A DNA stretch of 64,000 bases from a bacterium (GTDB lineage: Bacteria; Patescibacteriota; Patescibacteriia; UBA9934), in NCBI GenBank assembly GCA_027592325.1, contig JAQCKO010000002.1, positions 18,392 to 82,391 on the forward strand, written 5' to 3'. Below the pieces are notes generated by a model. It was not told where the DNA came from. It worked only from the letters and a program-made list of their open reading frames with translations, and searched no databases. Each line of letters starts with the position of its first letter. Positions within the stretch are counted from its first letter, which is position 1. This document shows positions 19,524-31,581 of this stretch, one piece after another. The translations under genes and the position numbers were made by a program.

Positions 19524-19645
19524 TGGAGCTGCTTGAAATTTTCTCGCTGCCAGATGTTTTCATGATCGTTCTGATACTTGCTACGGCAAGTATTGCCTGC
19601 GTGTACTATGTCATTGAGCTTATCGATTATAGCCGTGACAAGTGA
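19523..19645 (+). CDS. Unannotated small single-TM peptide (40 aa)
   Basis: MELLEIFSLPDVFMIVLILATASIACVYYVIELIDYSRDK; AAGGAG 5 nt upstream of the ATG; followed by a strong terminator. Confidence 0.35.
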   Translation: MELLEIFSLPDVFMIVLILATASIACVYYVIELIDYSRDK

Positions 19646-19653
19646 ACACAACG

Positions 19654-19693
19654 AAGCGCGCTCCCGTTCGGGGAGCGCGCGCTTTGCTTATTT
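19654..19693 (+). terminator. Rho-independent terminator after the small-peptide pair
   Basis: gcgcgctccc-gttc-ggggagcgcgc stem followed by gctttgcttattt. Confidence 0.6.
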
Positions 19694-19727
19694 GGGCATG
19701 AATGACAATTCGTACAAATAAAAACGC

Positions 19728-19757
19728 AAATGAGCGGCCAATAGGCCGCTCATTTGG
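19728..19757 (-). terminator. Rho-independent terminator of rplA (minus strand)
   Basis: aaatgagcggcc-aata-ggccgctcattt with a T-run on the minus strand. Confidence 0.55.
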
Positions 19758-19774
19758 TATACAGAGATTTGCTA

Positions 19775-20458
19775 TTAGAACTGTGTGGTATCTATCGCCA
19801 CGGCCGGTCCCATGGTTGAGGTCATAGTTGCTGACTTCATGAATGTGCCTTTTACACCGTTTGGTCGTGATCGCTTTATTGCGTCAACGACGGTTTGTAC
19901 GTTTTCTGTAAGCTTTTCTAAATCGAAAGAAGCTTTTCCAGCGATAACGTGCACATTGCAGGTATTATCGTTTTTGAAGGCAACCTTTCCGCCCTTTTGT
20001 TCCTTCACCATTTTTTCCACATTTGGTCCAACAGTGTCGGTTTTTGGGTTTGGCATCAGTCCACGCGGTCCAAGTACACGCGCCGCTTTTGCAAGCTTTG
20101 CCATCATGCTTGGAACAGCAACGGCAACATCGAAATCAATCTTCCCAGTCTTTACGATCTGATCGATAGTTTCTTCGGTTCCAATGATGTCCGCTCCTGC
20201 TTCTTTTGCAGCGGTTTCATTTGTTGAGTCAACGAATGCTGCAACGCGCACGGTTTTTCCTGATCCATGTGGTAGAACAACTGTTCCACGAATTTGCTGA
20301 TCGCCTTGCTTCGGATCAATGTTGACATTGAAGTGTAGCTCGATAGTTTCATCGAATTTTGCGGTTGCGGCGTTCTTTGTCATGGCTACTGCCTCTTCGA
20401 TACTGTAAAGCTTTCCTTTTTCGAGACCTTTTGTCGCCTCGGTTAATCGTTTTGACAT
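19775..20458 (-). CDS. rplA: 50S ribosomal protein L1
   Basis: MSKRLTEATKGLEKGKLYSIEEA...; ATG at 20458; the track ORF extends 10 codons upstream. Confidence 0.9.
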   Translation of the reverse strand: MSKRLTEATKGLEKGKLYSIEEAVAMTKNAATAKFDETIELHFNVNIDPKQGDQQIRGTVVLPHGSGKTVRVAAFVDSTNETAAKEAGADIIGTEETIDQIVKTGKIDFDVAVAVPSMMAKLAKAARVLGPRGLMPNPKTDTVGPNVEKMVKEQKGGKVAFKNDNTCNVHVIAGKASFDLEKLTENVQTVVDAIKRSRPNGVKGTFMKSATMTSTMGPAVAIDTTQF

Positions 20459-20514
20459 AGTGTTATTGTAGTTCGGTCGACCACACATGATCTGGTCTCC
20501 TACGAATTAATAAG

Positions 20515-20898
20515 TTATTTTGATAGATTTTCCTTTTTATACTCGTTCCACACAATACGGAAGTGAAGGAAGAAGAGCGGAAGAAAAATCAGGAAGAACG
20601 AGAGATTTTGCACCGCTTGCTGTGCTTTTTCTTGTGCATAACTCTCTATTGAAATCTCACGTCGTCGTTCACAATTTTCAAGAAGCTGTGTATCGGTGAA
20701 TTCCTCTTCATCTTTTGGTACGCGCAAGTCGAACTCTGTGCATGTTTCAAGGTATCTTGGAACATCTGCCGCTTTAAAAACATATGTTTTTAAACCAGTT
20801 TCGAGTAGCTGAGCGCTGCTTACCGCAAGCATAATCAGCGCTATTGCAGAAATGACGATGAAATACAGGCGTACAAGGAATGAGCCAATTTGCTTCAT
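20515..20898 (-). CDS. Hypothetical small membrane protein (127 aa, N- and C-terminal TM) inserted between rplK and rplA
   Basis: Hydrophobic termini (FIVISAIALIMLAV; LSFFLIFLPLFFL) with a Cys-containing acidic middle; same strand and tight spacing within the L11-L1 operon. Confidence 0.5.
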   Translation of the reverse strand: MKQIGSFLVRLYFIVISAIALIMLAVSSAQLLETGLKTYVFKAADVPRYLETCTEFDLRVPKDEEEFTDTQLLENCERRREISIESYAQEKAQQAVQNLSFFLIFLPLFFLHFRIVWNEYKKENLSK

Positions 20899-20915
20899 AG
20901 AAATGCGACAGCGAT

Positions 20916-21341
20916 TTATTTAACCTCAACGCCCATTTGACGGCATGTTCCTGCTACAACTTTCATTGCTTGTTCGACATCTGACGTATTGAGATCTGGG
21001 AGTTTCGCCTCTGCAATTTCGCGAAGTTGTGCTTCCGAAATACTCCCAACTTTTTCTGTAAGGGGCTTTCCAGATCCTTTTTTGATCTTTGCCGCTTTTT
21101 TGATAAGCTCCGCTGTTGGCGGGGTTTTAAGGACAAAGCTGAAGCTGCGATCTTCGTAAATGGTGAGAACGGCAGGTACCACTTCGCCGCGACGATCTTG
21201 CGTTGCATTATTGAATTCGGTGATGAATTGTTGAATATTCACACCATGCTGACCAAGGGTTGGTCCAAGTGGAGGTGCTGGGCTTGCTGCACCGCCTGTT
21301 GCCTGCACCTTAATAACAGTGAGGATTCTCTTCTTTGCCAT
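20916..21341 (-). CDS. rplK: 50S ribosomal protein L11
   Basis: [35 protein letters not shown]...; ATG at 21341. Confidence 0.9.
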   Translation of the reverse strand: MAKKRILTVIKVQATGGAASPAPPLGPTLGQHGVNIQQFITEFNNATQDRRGEVVPAVLTIYEDRSFSFVLKTPPTAELIKKAAKIKKGSGKPLTEKVGSISEAQLREIAEAKLPDLNTSDVEQAMKVVAGTCRQMGVEVK

Positions 21342-21707
21342 ACGATAGCTGTTTACAGTGGATTCCGCAGTCCCCCGAAGCATGAGCGAAGGAGGATCGT
21401 TGGGCGACCACATCGTGATTTATGGGCGGATATTAGTTGAAATAGGCGATTTTGTCAAGGGATTTGAAGGTTGGAGGGTGGAAGGTCAATTCATAAATTC
21501 CCGGCATAAGTAAGAGCATCAATATTGGTGAAATGACAAGCGACAATAGCATTAAAATCGGCTTTTTTCAATAAAAGCAACCAAAAAGACCAGCCTTTTC
21601 CCAGTCTGACAGGGTTGGGCCGGTCTTTCGTGCTAACTGTCCGGCTGTCGCTTTGCTCAGTCGGATCCGGCACTCATAGAAGATGAGCTGCCGGACTACT
21701 TGCTCAT

Positions 21708-22253
21708 CTAAACCTTCTTAATCTGCAAGAAGTCGAGTTCTACTGGTGTTTCTCGTCCGAACATGGAAACGAGTACCTTCACTTTACCACGTTGTTCATC
21801 AACTTCATCCACCTTTCCTTGCTGGTCTTTGAATGGACCGTCGGTGATTTGTACAGGATCGCCAGCGACAACATCAAGCTTAAATTCAGGCTCTTCTACC
21901 GCAACACGCTTCATGAGCGAATCGATTTCTTCTTGCGCGATTGGGGTAGGGGTTGTTCCTGTTCCGATGAATCCGGTGACATTTGGTGTATTTCGGACAA
22001 CATACCAAGAGTCATCGGTAACAATCATCTCAACAAGTACGTATCCTGGGAAAATCTTCTCCTCAATCACCTTACGTTTCCCATTTTTAATTTTGATTTT
22101 TTTCTCTTTCGGAACAAGGACATTGAAAATTTTGTCTTCCATGTCCATCGTATCAATACGCTGCTGAAGTCCCTCTGAGACATTTTCTTCATACCCAGAG
22201 TAGGTATGAATGGCGTACCATCGGCGGCCGTAATTGGCGGTTTGTTTTGCCAT
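21708..22253 (-). CDS. nusG: Transcription termination/antitermination factor NusG
   Basis: 181 aa; WYAIHTYSGYEENV NGN domain and C-terminal KOW (GDPVQITDGPFKDQQGKV). Confidence 0.9.
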   Translation of the reverse strand: MAKQTANYGRRWYAIHTYSGYEENVSEGLQQRIDTMDMEDKIFNVLVPKEKKIKIKNGKRKVIEEKIFPGYVLVEMIVTDDSWYVVRNTPNVTGFIGTGTTPTPIAQEEIDSLMKRVAVEEPEFKLDVVAGDPVQITDGPFKDQQGKVDEVDEQRGKVKVLVSMFGRETPVELDFLQIKKV

Positions 22254-22255
22254 AG

Positions 22256-22453
22256 TTAAAGGGAGAGTAGTCCTTTCAGACCGAGTTGAATAACAAAGTC
22301 GAGAACGCCGAAGTAAATTCCGGCGGCGAGAGCGGATACAGCAACAATAATGCTGTATTTAATCACCTCTTTTTGTGTTGGCCAGGTGACTTTTTCCATC
22401 TCTTGCTTTGCTTCGATGAAATACTTCACGGCCGGAACGTTTGCGAGTTTCAT
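22256..22453 (-). CDS. secE: Preprotein translocase subunit SecE
   Basis: 65 aa; KYFIEAKQEMEKVTWPT followed by a single TM; canonical position upstream of nusG. Confidence 0.8.
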   Translation of the reverse strand: MKLANVPAVKYFIEAKQEMEKVTWPTQKEVIKYSIIVAVSALAAGIYFGVLDFVIQLGLKGLLSL

Positions 22454-22498
22454 AGCGGTATTTTAAAATCCCCGTTTCCCGGGAATTACGCCTGAAGT

Positions 22499-22981
22499 TT
22501 ACGGGGATTTTTCTGTATTGTCAAGGTTGATACGGTTGCACACGGCCTCAAATTTTTTCAGTGCGCCAATTTGGACCTCTTCTAGGTGAATTTCTGGGCG
22601 TTTTGAGGCAATCAATGCGATGGCGTCTTCAGAGGACATCTTGTTGTATTTGATCAGATACGCGGCAACAAGGGTTGGGCTGCGTCCGTGACCATTCATA
22701 CAATGAACGTAGACGTTGTCGCCGGCTTCAATCACATTGTGTATGAAATCGACTCCTAGCCAAAGCGCTTTTTGTGTTGGGGCTGTTTTATCTATGGTTG
22801 GAAGCCACAAGTACATCTCAACCCCGTGTGCAGCATCAATGCGTTCGGCTTCGAGGCTGATATCAGCAGTGATGCCTTTTTTAAGGAGATCTTCCTCAAA
22901 ATGATCGATGCAGCAAGAATTTGTCCCAAGCCAAATGTGATCAGTGATTTGATTGTGGGCCATTTGGACGTGAGTTTTCAT
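22499..22981 (-). CDS. Dual-specificity / tyrosine protein phosphatase (CX5R)
   Basis: VHCMNGHGRSPT active-site motif; 153-160 aa depending on start (MAHNQ at 22960 is the alternative). Confidence 0.65.
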   Translation of the reverse strand: MKTHVQMAHNQITDHIWLGTNSCCIDHFEEDLLKKGITADISLEAERIDAAHGVEMYLWLPTIDKTAPTQKALWLGVDFIHNVIEAGDNVYVHCMNGHGRSPTLVAAYLIKYNKMSSEDAIALIASKRPEIHLEEVQIGALKKFEAVCNRINLDNTEKSP

Positions 22982-23008
22982 ACGAGGTTTTAGAGCGACG
23001 CAGCGTCT

Positions 23009-25972
<2,964 letters not shown>

Positions 25973-26125
25973 AGGAAAGGTGTTAGCTTGTCTGTTGTGG
26001 CTGGTTCGCTTTGCTCGTTTAAATTATTGGGATGTTGACTCGTTCGTCATCCTGCAAACGTAGGAATTCACCAAGCCGCTCTTCCTCTCACACCTCCAAC
26101 CTCAAACCTGTGCTAATCTCTTCAC

Positions 26126-27235
26126 ATGCGCCCTCAGAATATCCTCCGATTTCTACAGCGGCTTGATTGGGCCATTATTGCAAGCGTGGCGACGCTTTTG
26201 TTTTTAGGATTTGCGGCTATTTATTCCGTTGAACTTTCGCGCGGGGTTGGTTTTTTGCTTATGAGAAAGCAATTTGTTGCGTTCTTTATTGGAATCATGT
26301 GTTCCATTTTTTTGCTTACTCGTGCAAATGGCACTGTTCGCGGGTATGGACGGCTTTTTTATCTGTTGGGGATTCTCTTTCTGATTTTTGTGCTTTTTTT
26401 CGGACGTACGGTAAATGGAACGACAGGTTGGTTCTCGCTGGGTATTTTTTCGTTTCAACCAGTTGAGTATATGAAAATTGCTCTCTTATTGCCGCTTGCA
26501 CATATTTTTGGGGAACCGAAAGCCAAGCATTTGACGTGGCGGGCATTGTGGCAAAGTGTATTGGTGCTCGGGCTTCCAACCGTATTAGTGGCGCTTCAGC
26601 CAGACTATGGAAGCGCAATGTTGATGGTTGCGACGTGGGGAGTGATGTTTCTCTTTGCGCGACCAACATGGACTCAGCTACTTGCGCTTATCGGAGGAGC
26701 GTTGTTTGCGGGAGTGATTTTTTGGGGGTTTTTACTGCAAGATTATCAACTAGAACGTCTTGCTGTGTTTATGAATCCCGCGCTTGATCCGCTTGATACA
26801 GGCTACAATATTACGCAGGCAAAAATTGCGATTGGATCAGGAGGTTTTTTGGGGAGTGGACTTGGTTTTGGATCACAATCTCGTCTTCACTTCCTTCCAG
26901 AAAGTCATACAGATTTTATTTTTGCAGTTATTGCAGAAGAACTTGGATTTATTGGGGTGCTCATTTTGCTTGTAGCGCTTAGCGTTGTCTTTATGCGTAC
27001 CATTGTGCTGATGTACAAAACGAAAAATGGATTTCTGGCGATGTTGCTTTTAGGGATTTTTGCCTTATTATTTACACAATCTGGAGTAAATATTGCGATG
27101 AATCTTGGCTTATTTCCTACAATTGGTGTTGCTCTCCCATTTGTCAGCTATGGGGGGTCTTCTCTGATAATGTGGCTTATTGCTGTAGGAATAATTGAAA
27201 GTATTGCGATTCTAGAGGGTGACGCACGTACATAA
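26126..27235 (+). CDS. SEDS-family peptidoglycan glycosyltransferase (FtsW/RodA)
   Basis: 369 aa with about 10 TM segments; FtsW/RodA-like N-terminus and conserved C-terminal GGSSLI. Confidence 0.8.
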   Translation: MRPQNILRFLQRLDWAIIASVATLLFLGFAAIYSVELSRGVGFLLMRKQFVAFFIGIMCSIFLLTRANGTVRGYGRLFYLLGILFLIFVLFFGRTVNGTTGWFSLGIFSFQPVEYMKIALLLPLAHIFGEPKAKHLTWRALWQSVLVLGLPTVLVALQPDYGSAMLMVATWGVMFLFARPTWTQLLALIGGALFAGVIFWGFLLQDYQLERLAVFMNPALDPLDTGYNITQAKIAIGSGGFLGSGLGFGSQSRLHFLPESHTDFIFAVIAEELGFIGVLILLVALSVVFMRTIVLMYKTKNGFLAMLLLGIFALLFTQSGVNIAMNLGLFPTIGVALPFVSYGGSSLIMWLIAVGIIESIAILEGDART

Positions 27236-27258
27236 TGGTATAATCTTCATCGTAAGTG

Positions 27259-27288
27259 TTGACAAAAAATTGAGAATAAGGTGAAATA
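27259..27288 (+). promoter_or_regulatory. Candidate sigma70-type promoter for rplY
   Basis: TTGACA (27259-27264), 17-bp spacer, TGAAAT; there is also a TGgTATAAT extended -10 at 27236-27244. Confidence 0.3.
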
Positions 27289-27306
27289 GGCCTATTTTAC
27301 GGCAAT

Positions 27307-27960
27307 ATGGAAAATGACATGAAACTAAACGCTGAAAAGCGTGAACTCGCAGGACGATCGACCGATGCTTTACGTACAGTAGGTATCGTACCGGGCGTTA
27401 TGTATGGATTCGCAATCGAACCGGTCAACATTCAGCTTGATCGCAATAGCGTGAAGCGTGCAATTGATATGGGGGGAGAAAGCACGGTTACGCAACTTAT
27501 GCTTGATGGAGTTGAGCATCCTGTTCTAATTCAAGAAGTGCAAAAAGATCCTCTTACAGGGTTTGTGTCACATGTCGATTTTCGTCGTGTGAATATGACG
27601 GAAACGGTAGAAGCAGCAATCGCCATTAAGCTTACAGGAGAAGCGCCAGCTGTGAAGACACTCGGTGGTACGCTCATTCAGCTGCTTGAGGAAGTAGAGG
27701 TGAAGGCACTTCCTTCTGCGCTTGTAAAAGAAATTGAAGTTTCTGTGCAAACGCTTCTGACGTTCGATGACATGATTCATGTGTCTGACATGGTAATCCC
27801 AGAGGGTGTTGAGATTCTGAATGATGGCGATCAAGCCGTAGCTTCTGTGCAGCCACCACGTACACAGGAAGAAATGGAAGCACTTGAAAGTGAAGTCATT
27901 GTTCCAGAAGTAGTAGTAGCTGCTGATAAAGAAGAAAAAACGGAAGAAAAATCTTCTTAA
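27307..27960 (+). CDS. rplY: 50S ribosomal protein L25 / general stress protein Ctc
   Basis: KLNAEKRELAGRSTDALRTVGIVPGVMYG N-terminal L25 domain plus acidic C-terminal extension. Confidence 0.8.
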   Translation: MENDMKLNAEKRELAGRSTDALRTVGIVPGVMYGFAIEPVNIQLDRNSVKRAIDMGGESTVTQLMLDGVEHPVLIQEVQKDPLTGFVSHVDFRRVNMTETVEAAIAIKLTGEAPAVKTLGGTLIQLLEEVEVKALPSALVKEIEVSVQTLLTFDDMIHVSDMVIPEGVEILNDGDQAVASVQPPRTQEEMEALESEVIVPEVVVAADKEEKTEEKSS

Positions 27961-27964
27961 GAAT

Positions 27965-29083
27965 ATGAAAAAAACCGCAACAACACGCGGAAAAAGAAGC
28001 GAGCTTCAAGCGAAGCTCGCTTCTTTTTTTCGAAAAAATCGCGCAATTCTGCTTGGGGCTCTTGGAGTGATTCTTGTCCTCGCGTTGATTGCGCTTGCGA
28101 CGGGACAGCAGGTGCGCGATGCTTCACTTGGAGAGGAAAAGGGGAGCGTTACGCAACAAGAACCTATTCGACATCCGCTCACTGGGGAAGAGCTTGCGGA
28201 ACCGCTTAATGTCCTTCCGACGGTTATTTCAGTGATGATTGAAAATGCCGCAGACAGCTGGCCACTTTCAGGATTGAACAGTGCGTTTATGGTAATTGAA
28301 GCGCCGGTGGAGGGGAATATTCCTCGCTTCATTGCCTACTATGAAGAAGATGCTCGCGCAGATAAAATTGGACCGGTGCGGTCAGCGCGACCGTATTACG
28401 TTGACTGGGCGACCATGTTCGGGGCCGTATATGCGCACGTAGGTGGATCGCCAGAAGCACTCGAACTCATCTCAACACGTCCAATTTGGGATTTGAATCA
28501 ATTCTTTGAAAGCGAATATTTTTATCGTGAAAATAGCGGTACACGCTTTGCGCCGCATAATGTCTTTACATCGTCTGCACTCCTTCGTTTAGCGCTCGAG
28601 GAGCTTAAGCCAGATCAGCCAGTGTATGAGGGGTTTGCATTTGGAGCAGAAGCGTCAAACAAAGGAATGGTATCGCCACAGATTCAAATGGGCGCAGGGT
28701 ATGACATCACCTGGCTTTATGATGAAGATATGAATGAATATGTACGATATTACGGCGCACAGACAGCTGAAGTTGATGACGCATTAGTCCGGCTAGAAGA
28801 TGGTTCGCATGTCTATGCAGACACTGTTGTGGCGCTTGAAATGCCTATTTCAACTGTTGACGCTGTTGGGCGCAAGCGTATTCAGACAACGGGGACAGGA
28901 AATGCCTACGTATTCAAAGATGGAAATGTTGCTCCTGGTATTTGGGAGCGATTAGGCCAATCTGAGGTCTACACGTTCGTAGGACAAGACGGAAATACGT
29001 TAACGCTCAATCCGGGGAGAACTTGGATACACGTTGTTTCCTCTCTTGATGACCAAATTGTGCTACCAGGCCTTTATGAGTAA
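27965..29083 (+). CDS. DUF3048-family secreted/anchored protein (YerB-like)
   Basis: Signal-anchor N-terminus; motifs MIENAADSWPLSGL and GPVRSARPYY resemble DUF3048. The 5' coding region contains the hairpin gaagcgagcttc-aagc-gaagctcgcttc followed by ttttttt. Confidence 0.5.
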   Translation: MKKTATTRGKRSELQAKLASFFRKNRAILLGALGVILVLALIALATGQQVRDASLGEEKGSVTQQEPIRHPLTGEELAEPLNVLPTVISVMIENAADSWPLSGLNSAFMVIEAPVEGNIPRFIAYYEEDARADKIGPVRSARPYYVDWATMFGAVYAHVGGSPEALELISTRPIWDLNQFFESEYFYRENSGTRFAPHNVFTSSALLRLALEELKPDQPVYEGFAFGAEASNKGMVSPQIQMGAGYDITWLYDEDMNEYVRYYGAQTAEVDDALVRLEDGSHVYADTVVALEMPISTVDAVGRKRIQTTGTGNAYVFKDGNVAPGIWERLGQSEVYTFVGQDGNTLTLNPGRTWIHVVSSLDDQIVLPGLYE

Positions 29084-29950
29084 GAATCGATCACGAAGAG
29101 AAAGATCCTTCCTCACTTCTGCTTCGGCGCGAGGGAGGATATTTTTTAAGAGCAGTAAAAGGCTATTGGTTTGATCGGGGTGATACTCAATATAGATGTG
29201 GAGTTCACGTGGAAGATATGATTGATTTGCTGCTATTTGACGGAAAAGGTCATGGTAATGGTTGAGTCCGTCAATTCCAGAAAAAAGTGCATGGTGAGGT
29301 TCAAATCGTAGGACATCATCTGTCATTGTCTTGCTAAGATGAAAGGGAAGATAGGGAAGATTCGCTGCAATGACGCCACGACGAAATTCTGAGAATGATC
29401 CACGTGCCAAAATTGGTTCGAGCAGAGAGCCGTGTAACAGTGTGAGTTGATTTGCAGCATGCAAATCGCGATTACGTCGTGCAAGACGCAAGCTATGTGC
29501 ATCGATTTCGGTTCCAATAACAGGCTCGTCTGTTTCGAGCGCCAGCGTGGTTGCGAGCATGCCGCTTCCTGTACCTATCTCTAAAAGAAAATCGCCTTTA
29601 CGAATATCACGTAGGAGCATTTCCGCAAGTTCTTCCGTTTCAGGCCGGGGCGTTAGTACATGTCGATTTACATAAAAATCGCGTCCAAAAAATGGTTGCG
29701 TACCGAGAATGTGTGATATTGGCTCACCTTCAGTCCTACGTTTCACGAGGTGAATGAATGTGTCGGCGATCGCATTTGGAAGCGTTTCATCTATTGCCAC
29801 AATGAGCTGCGTTTTCGTTTTTCCACTTGCGTTCGCAAGGAGTGCTTGTGCTTCAAGCGCTGTATTCACGAAGCCGTCAGGCTGCGTTGCTGCAAAAGCG
29901 CTGAGTTGAATTTTTGCCCACTGGAGGGCATCGAGTATGGTCATGCTCAT
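29063..29950 (-). CDS. prmC: Release factor glutamine N5-methyltransferase
   Basis: GTGSG SAM-binding motif, NLPY (NPPY-type) motif, and position immediately downstream of prfA. Confidence 0.75.
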   Translation of the reverse strand: MSMTILDALQWAKIQLSAFAATQPDGFVNTALEAQALLANASGKTKTQLIVAIDETLPNAIADTFIHLVKRRTEGEPISHILGTQPFFGRDFYVNRHVLTPRPETEELAEMLLRDIRKGDFLLEIGTGSGMLATTLALETDEPVIGTEIDAHSLRLARRNRDLHAANQLTLLHGSLLEPILARGSFSEFRRGVIAANLPYLPFHLSKTMTDDVLRFEPHHALFSGIDGLNHYHDLFRQIAANQSYLPRELHIYIEYHPDQTNSLLLLLKNILPRAEAEVRKDLSLRDRFLLIKAW

Positions 29951-30079
29951 GTTACAGGTTTCGGTTTGTGGGTGTGACATTCGTACACCGTTTATTGTTC
30001 TAAAAGATTGTTATCAAAACGAATAAAGCGAGCATCGAATAGAGTGTAGTTCCACAAACGTGCCGTAGGCAACGAACTG

Positions 30080-31147
30080 TTATTTCTCGCTTACAACCTG
30101 ACGCTCCGCAGCGAGTTGTAATTCCTGAATTACTTCATGAATTTCGCCGCCTAAAATAGCAGGAAGATTATGCCAAGTTGTGCCAATGCGGTGATCGGTC
30201 ACGCGATCTTGTGGTTCATTATAGGTGCGAATTTTCTCTGAACGATCACCTGTCCCAATTTGGCTTCGACGATTCGCGTCAAGTTCAGCCTGTTTTTTCT
30301 CCTGCTCGTAGGCAAACACACGTGCACGTATGATTTGAAGAGCACGTTCTTTGTTTTGGCGCTGCGAACGTTCTTCTTGGCAATACACCATAATTCCTGT
30401 TGGCTTGTGAATGATGCGAATAGCAGAATAGGTTGTATTCACTGATTGACCTCCGGCACCGGTTGAGGTTGTTGCCTCAATATCAAGATCGCCCATATCA
30501 ATATGAAACTCTTCCTCCTCGATAACTGGTAAAACGGCGACCGTGGCGGTAGAAGTGTGAATACGGCCTTGCTTTTCCGTTTTCGGAACACGCTGCACGC
30601 GATGAACGCCACTTTCATATTTCATGAGTCCATAAGTACCAGTCCCATGAAGCTCAAAAATCATCTCTTTCACCCCTCCGATATCATTCAAGCTTTGAGA
30701 AACAAGTTCTTTTTTCCAACCTTGTTTTTCTCCAAAGATTTGATACATGCGCACCAGGTCACCTGCAAAAAGAGCTGCTTCATCGCCACCTGCTCCTGCA
30801 CGAATTTCTAGAATTGCATCGTTGTCATCAAGCGGGTCGCGCGGAATGAGGGCTCGTTTTGCTTGTTCCTCTGCGTCAGGCATTTGTGTTTCCAACAGAG
30901 AAATCTCCTCTTCAGCAAGAGCGCGAATATCAGCGTCGTCATCTTCAAGGCTACGACGTGCGCTTTCAAGCTGCGCAAGAATCGATAAATACGTTTCCCC
31001 AGGTTCCAAAATTTTGGCAAGGGCGTGTCGCGTACGGTTGAGTTTTTCCAACTTCTTTGAGTGCTGGAGATTCTCGGGGCGCATGAGTGCCTCGTTAATC
31101 TCTTGCAGTTCTTTTTGCTTACACTCAATTTGTTCTTTTAAATTCAT
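30080..31147 (-). CDS. prfA: Peptide chain release factor 1
   Basis: GGQ motif (GAGGQSVNTTYSAIRIIHKPTGI) and a PKT (PxT-type) tripeptide rather than the RF2 SPF motif. Confidence 0.9.
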   Translation of the reverse strand: MNLKEQIECKQKELQEINEALMRPENLQHSKKLEKLNRTRHALAKILEPGETYLSILAQLESARRSLEDDDADIRALAEEEISLLETQMPDAEEQAKRALIPRDPLDDNDAILEIRAGAGGDEAALFAGDLVRMYQIFGEKQGWKKELVSQSLNDIGGVKEMIFELHGTGTYGLMKYESGVHRVQRVPKTEKQGRIHTSTATVAVLPVIEEEEFHIDMGDLDIEATTSTGAGGQSVNTTYSAIRIIHKPTGIMVYCQEERSQRQNKERALQIIRARVFAYEQEKKQAELDANRRSQIGTGDRSEKIRTYNEPQDRVTDHRIGTTWHNLPAILGGEIHEVIQELQLAAERQVVSEK

Positions 31148-31224
31148 AGGATAAGTGTATCAGGTTCAAGCTAATAGCTATAAACAAAAAACATCCAATC
31201 TGACGATCGAATGTTCTGTGCGAG

Positions 31225-31518
31225 CTAAACTTCAGCTTCTTTTGCCTTTTTATCGGCTTTCTTTTGTGCGCGCTCAGCCTTCTTCGCAAGTTTGTCAGCA
31301 TGCGTAAGACTTGTGCCAGTTTGCTCAGTACGAGCCTGGAATTTCTCTACGCGGCGAGCAGAGTCAACAATTTTTTGCTTCCCTGTGTAAAATGGGTGAC
31401 AATTTGAGCAAAGCTCGATGGCAATCTTCTCAGAAGTTGAGCCTACGGTGTAGTTTTTTCCACACGCGCAGGTAATAGCCGCTTCTTTTGTATATGTTGG
31501 ATGAATTCCGTCTTTCAT
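31225..31518 (-). CDS. rpmE: 50S ribosomal protein L31 with Lys-rich C-terminal extension
   Basis: [20 protein letters not shown]...[12 protein letters not shown]; ATG at 31518. Confidence 0.85.
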   Translation of the reverse strand: MKDGIHPTYTKEAAITCACGKNYTVGSTSEKIAIELCSNCHPFYTGKQKIVDSARRVEKFQARTEQTGTSLTHADKLAKKAERAQKKADKKAKEAEV

Positions 31519-31581
31519 ACGGTATGTTAACAATGGCAGGAGATTATCAGGAGAGGGGATAATTGTCAAGGGAAAAACCCC

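Noticed and set aside
21414-21707. Possible gene or sRNA in the nusG-rplK spacer (ORF 21491..21673-)
   Set aside because: A 60-aa ORF with no features; the spacer more likely holds the L11 operon leader/promoter; no conserved riboswitch motif was recognised
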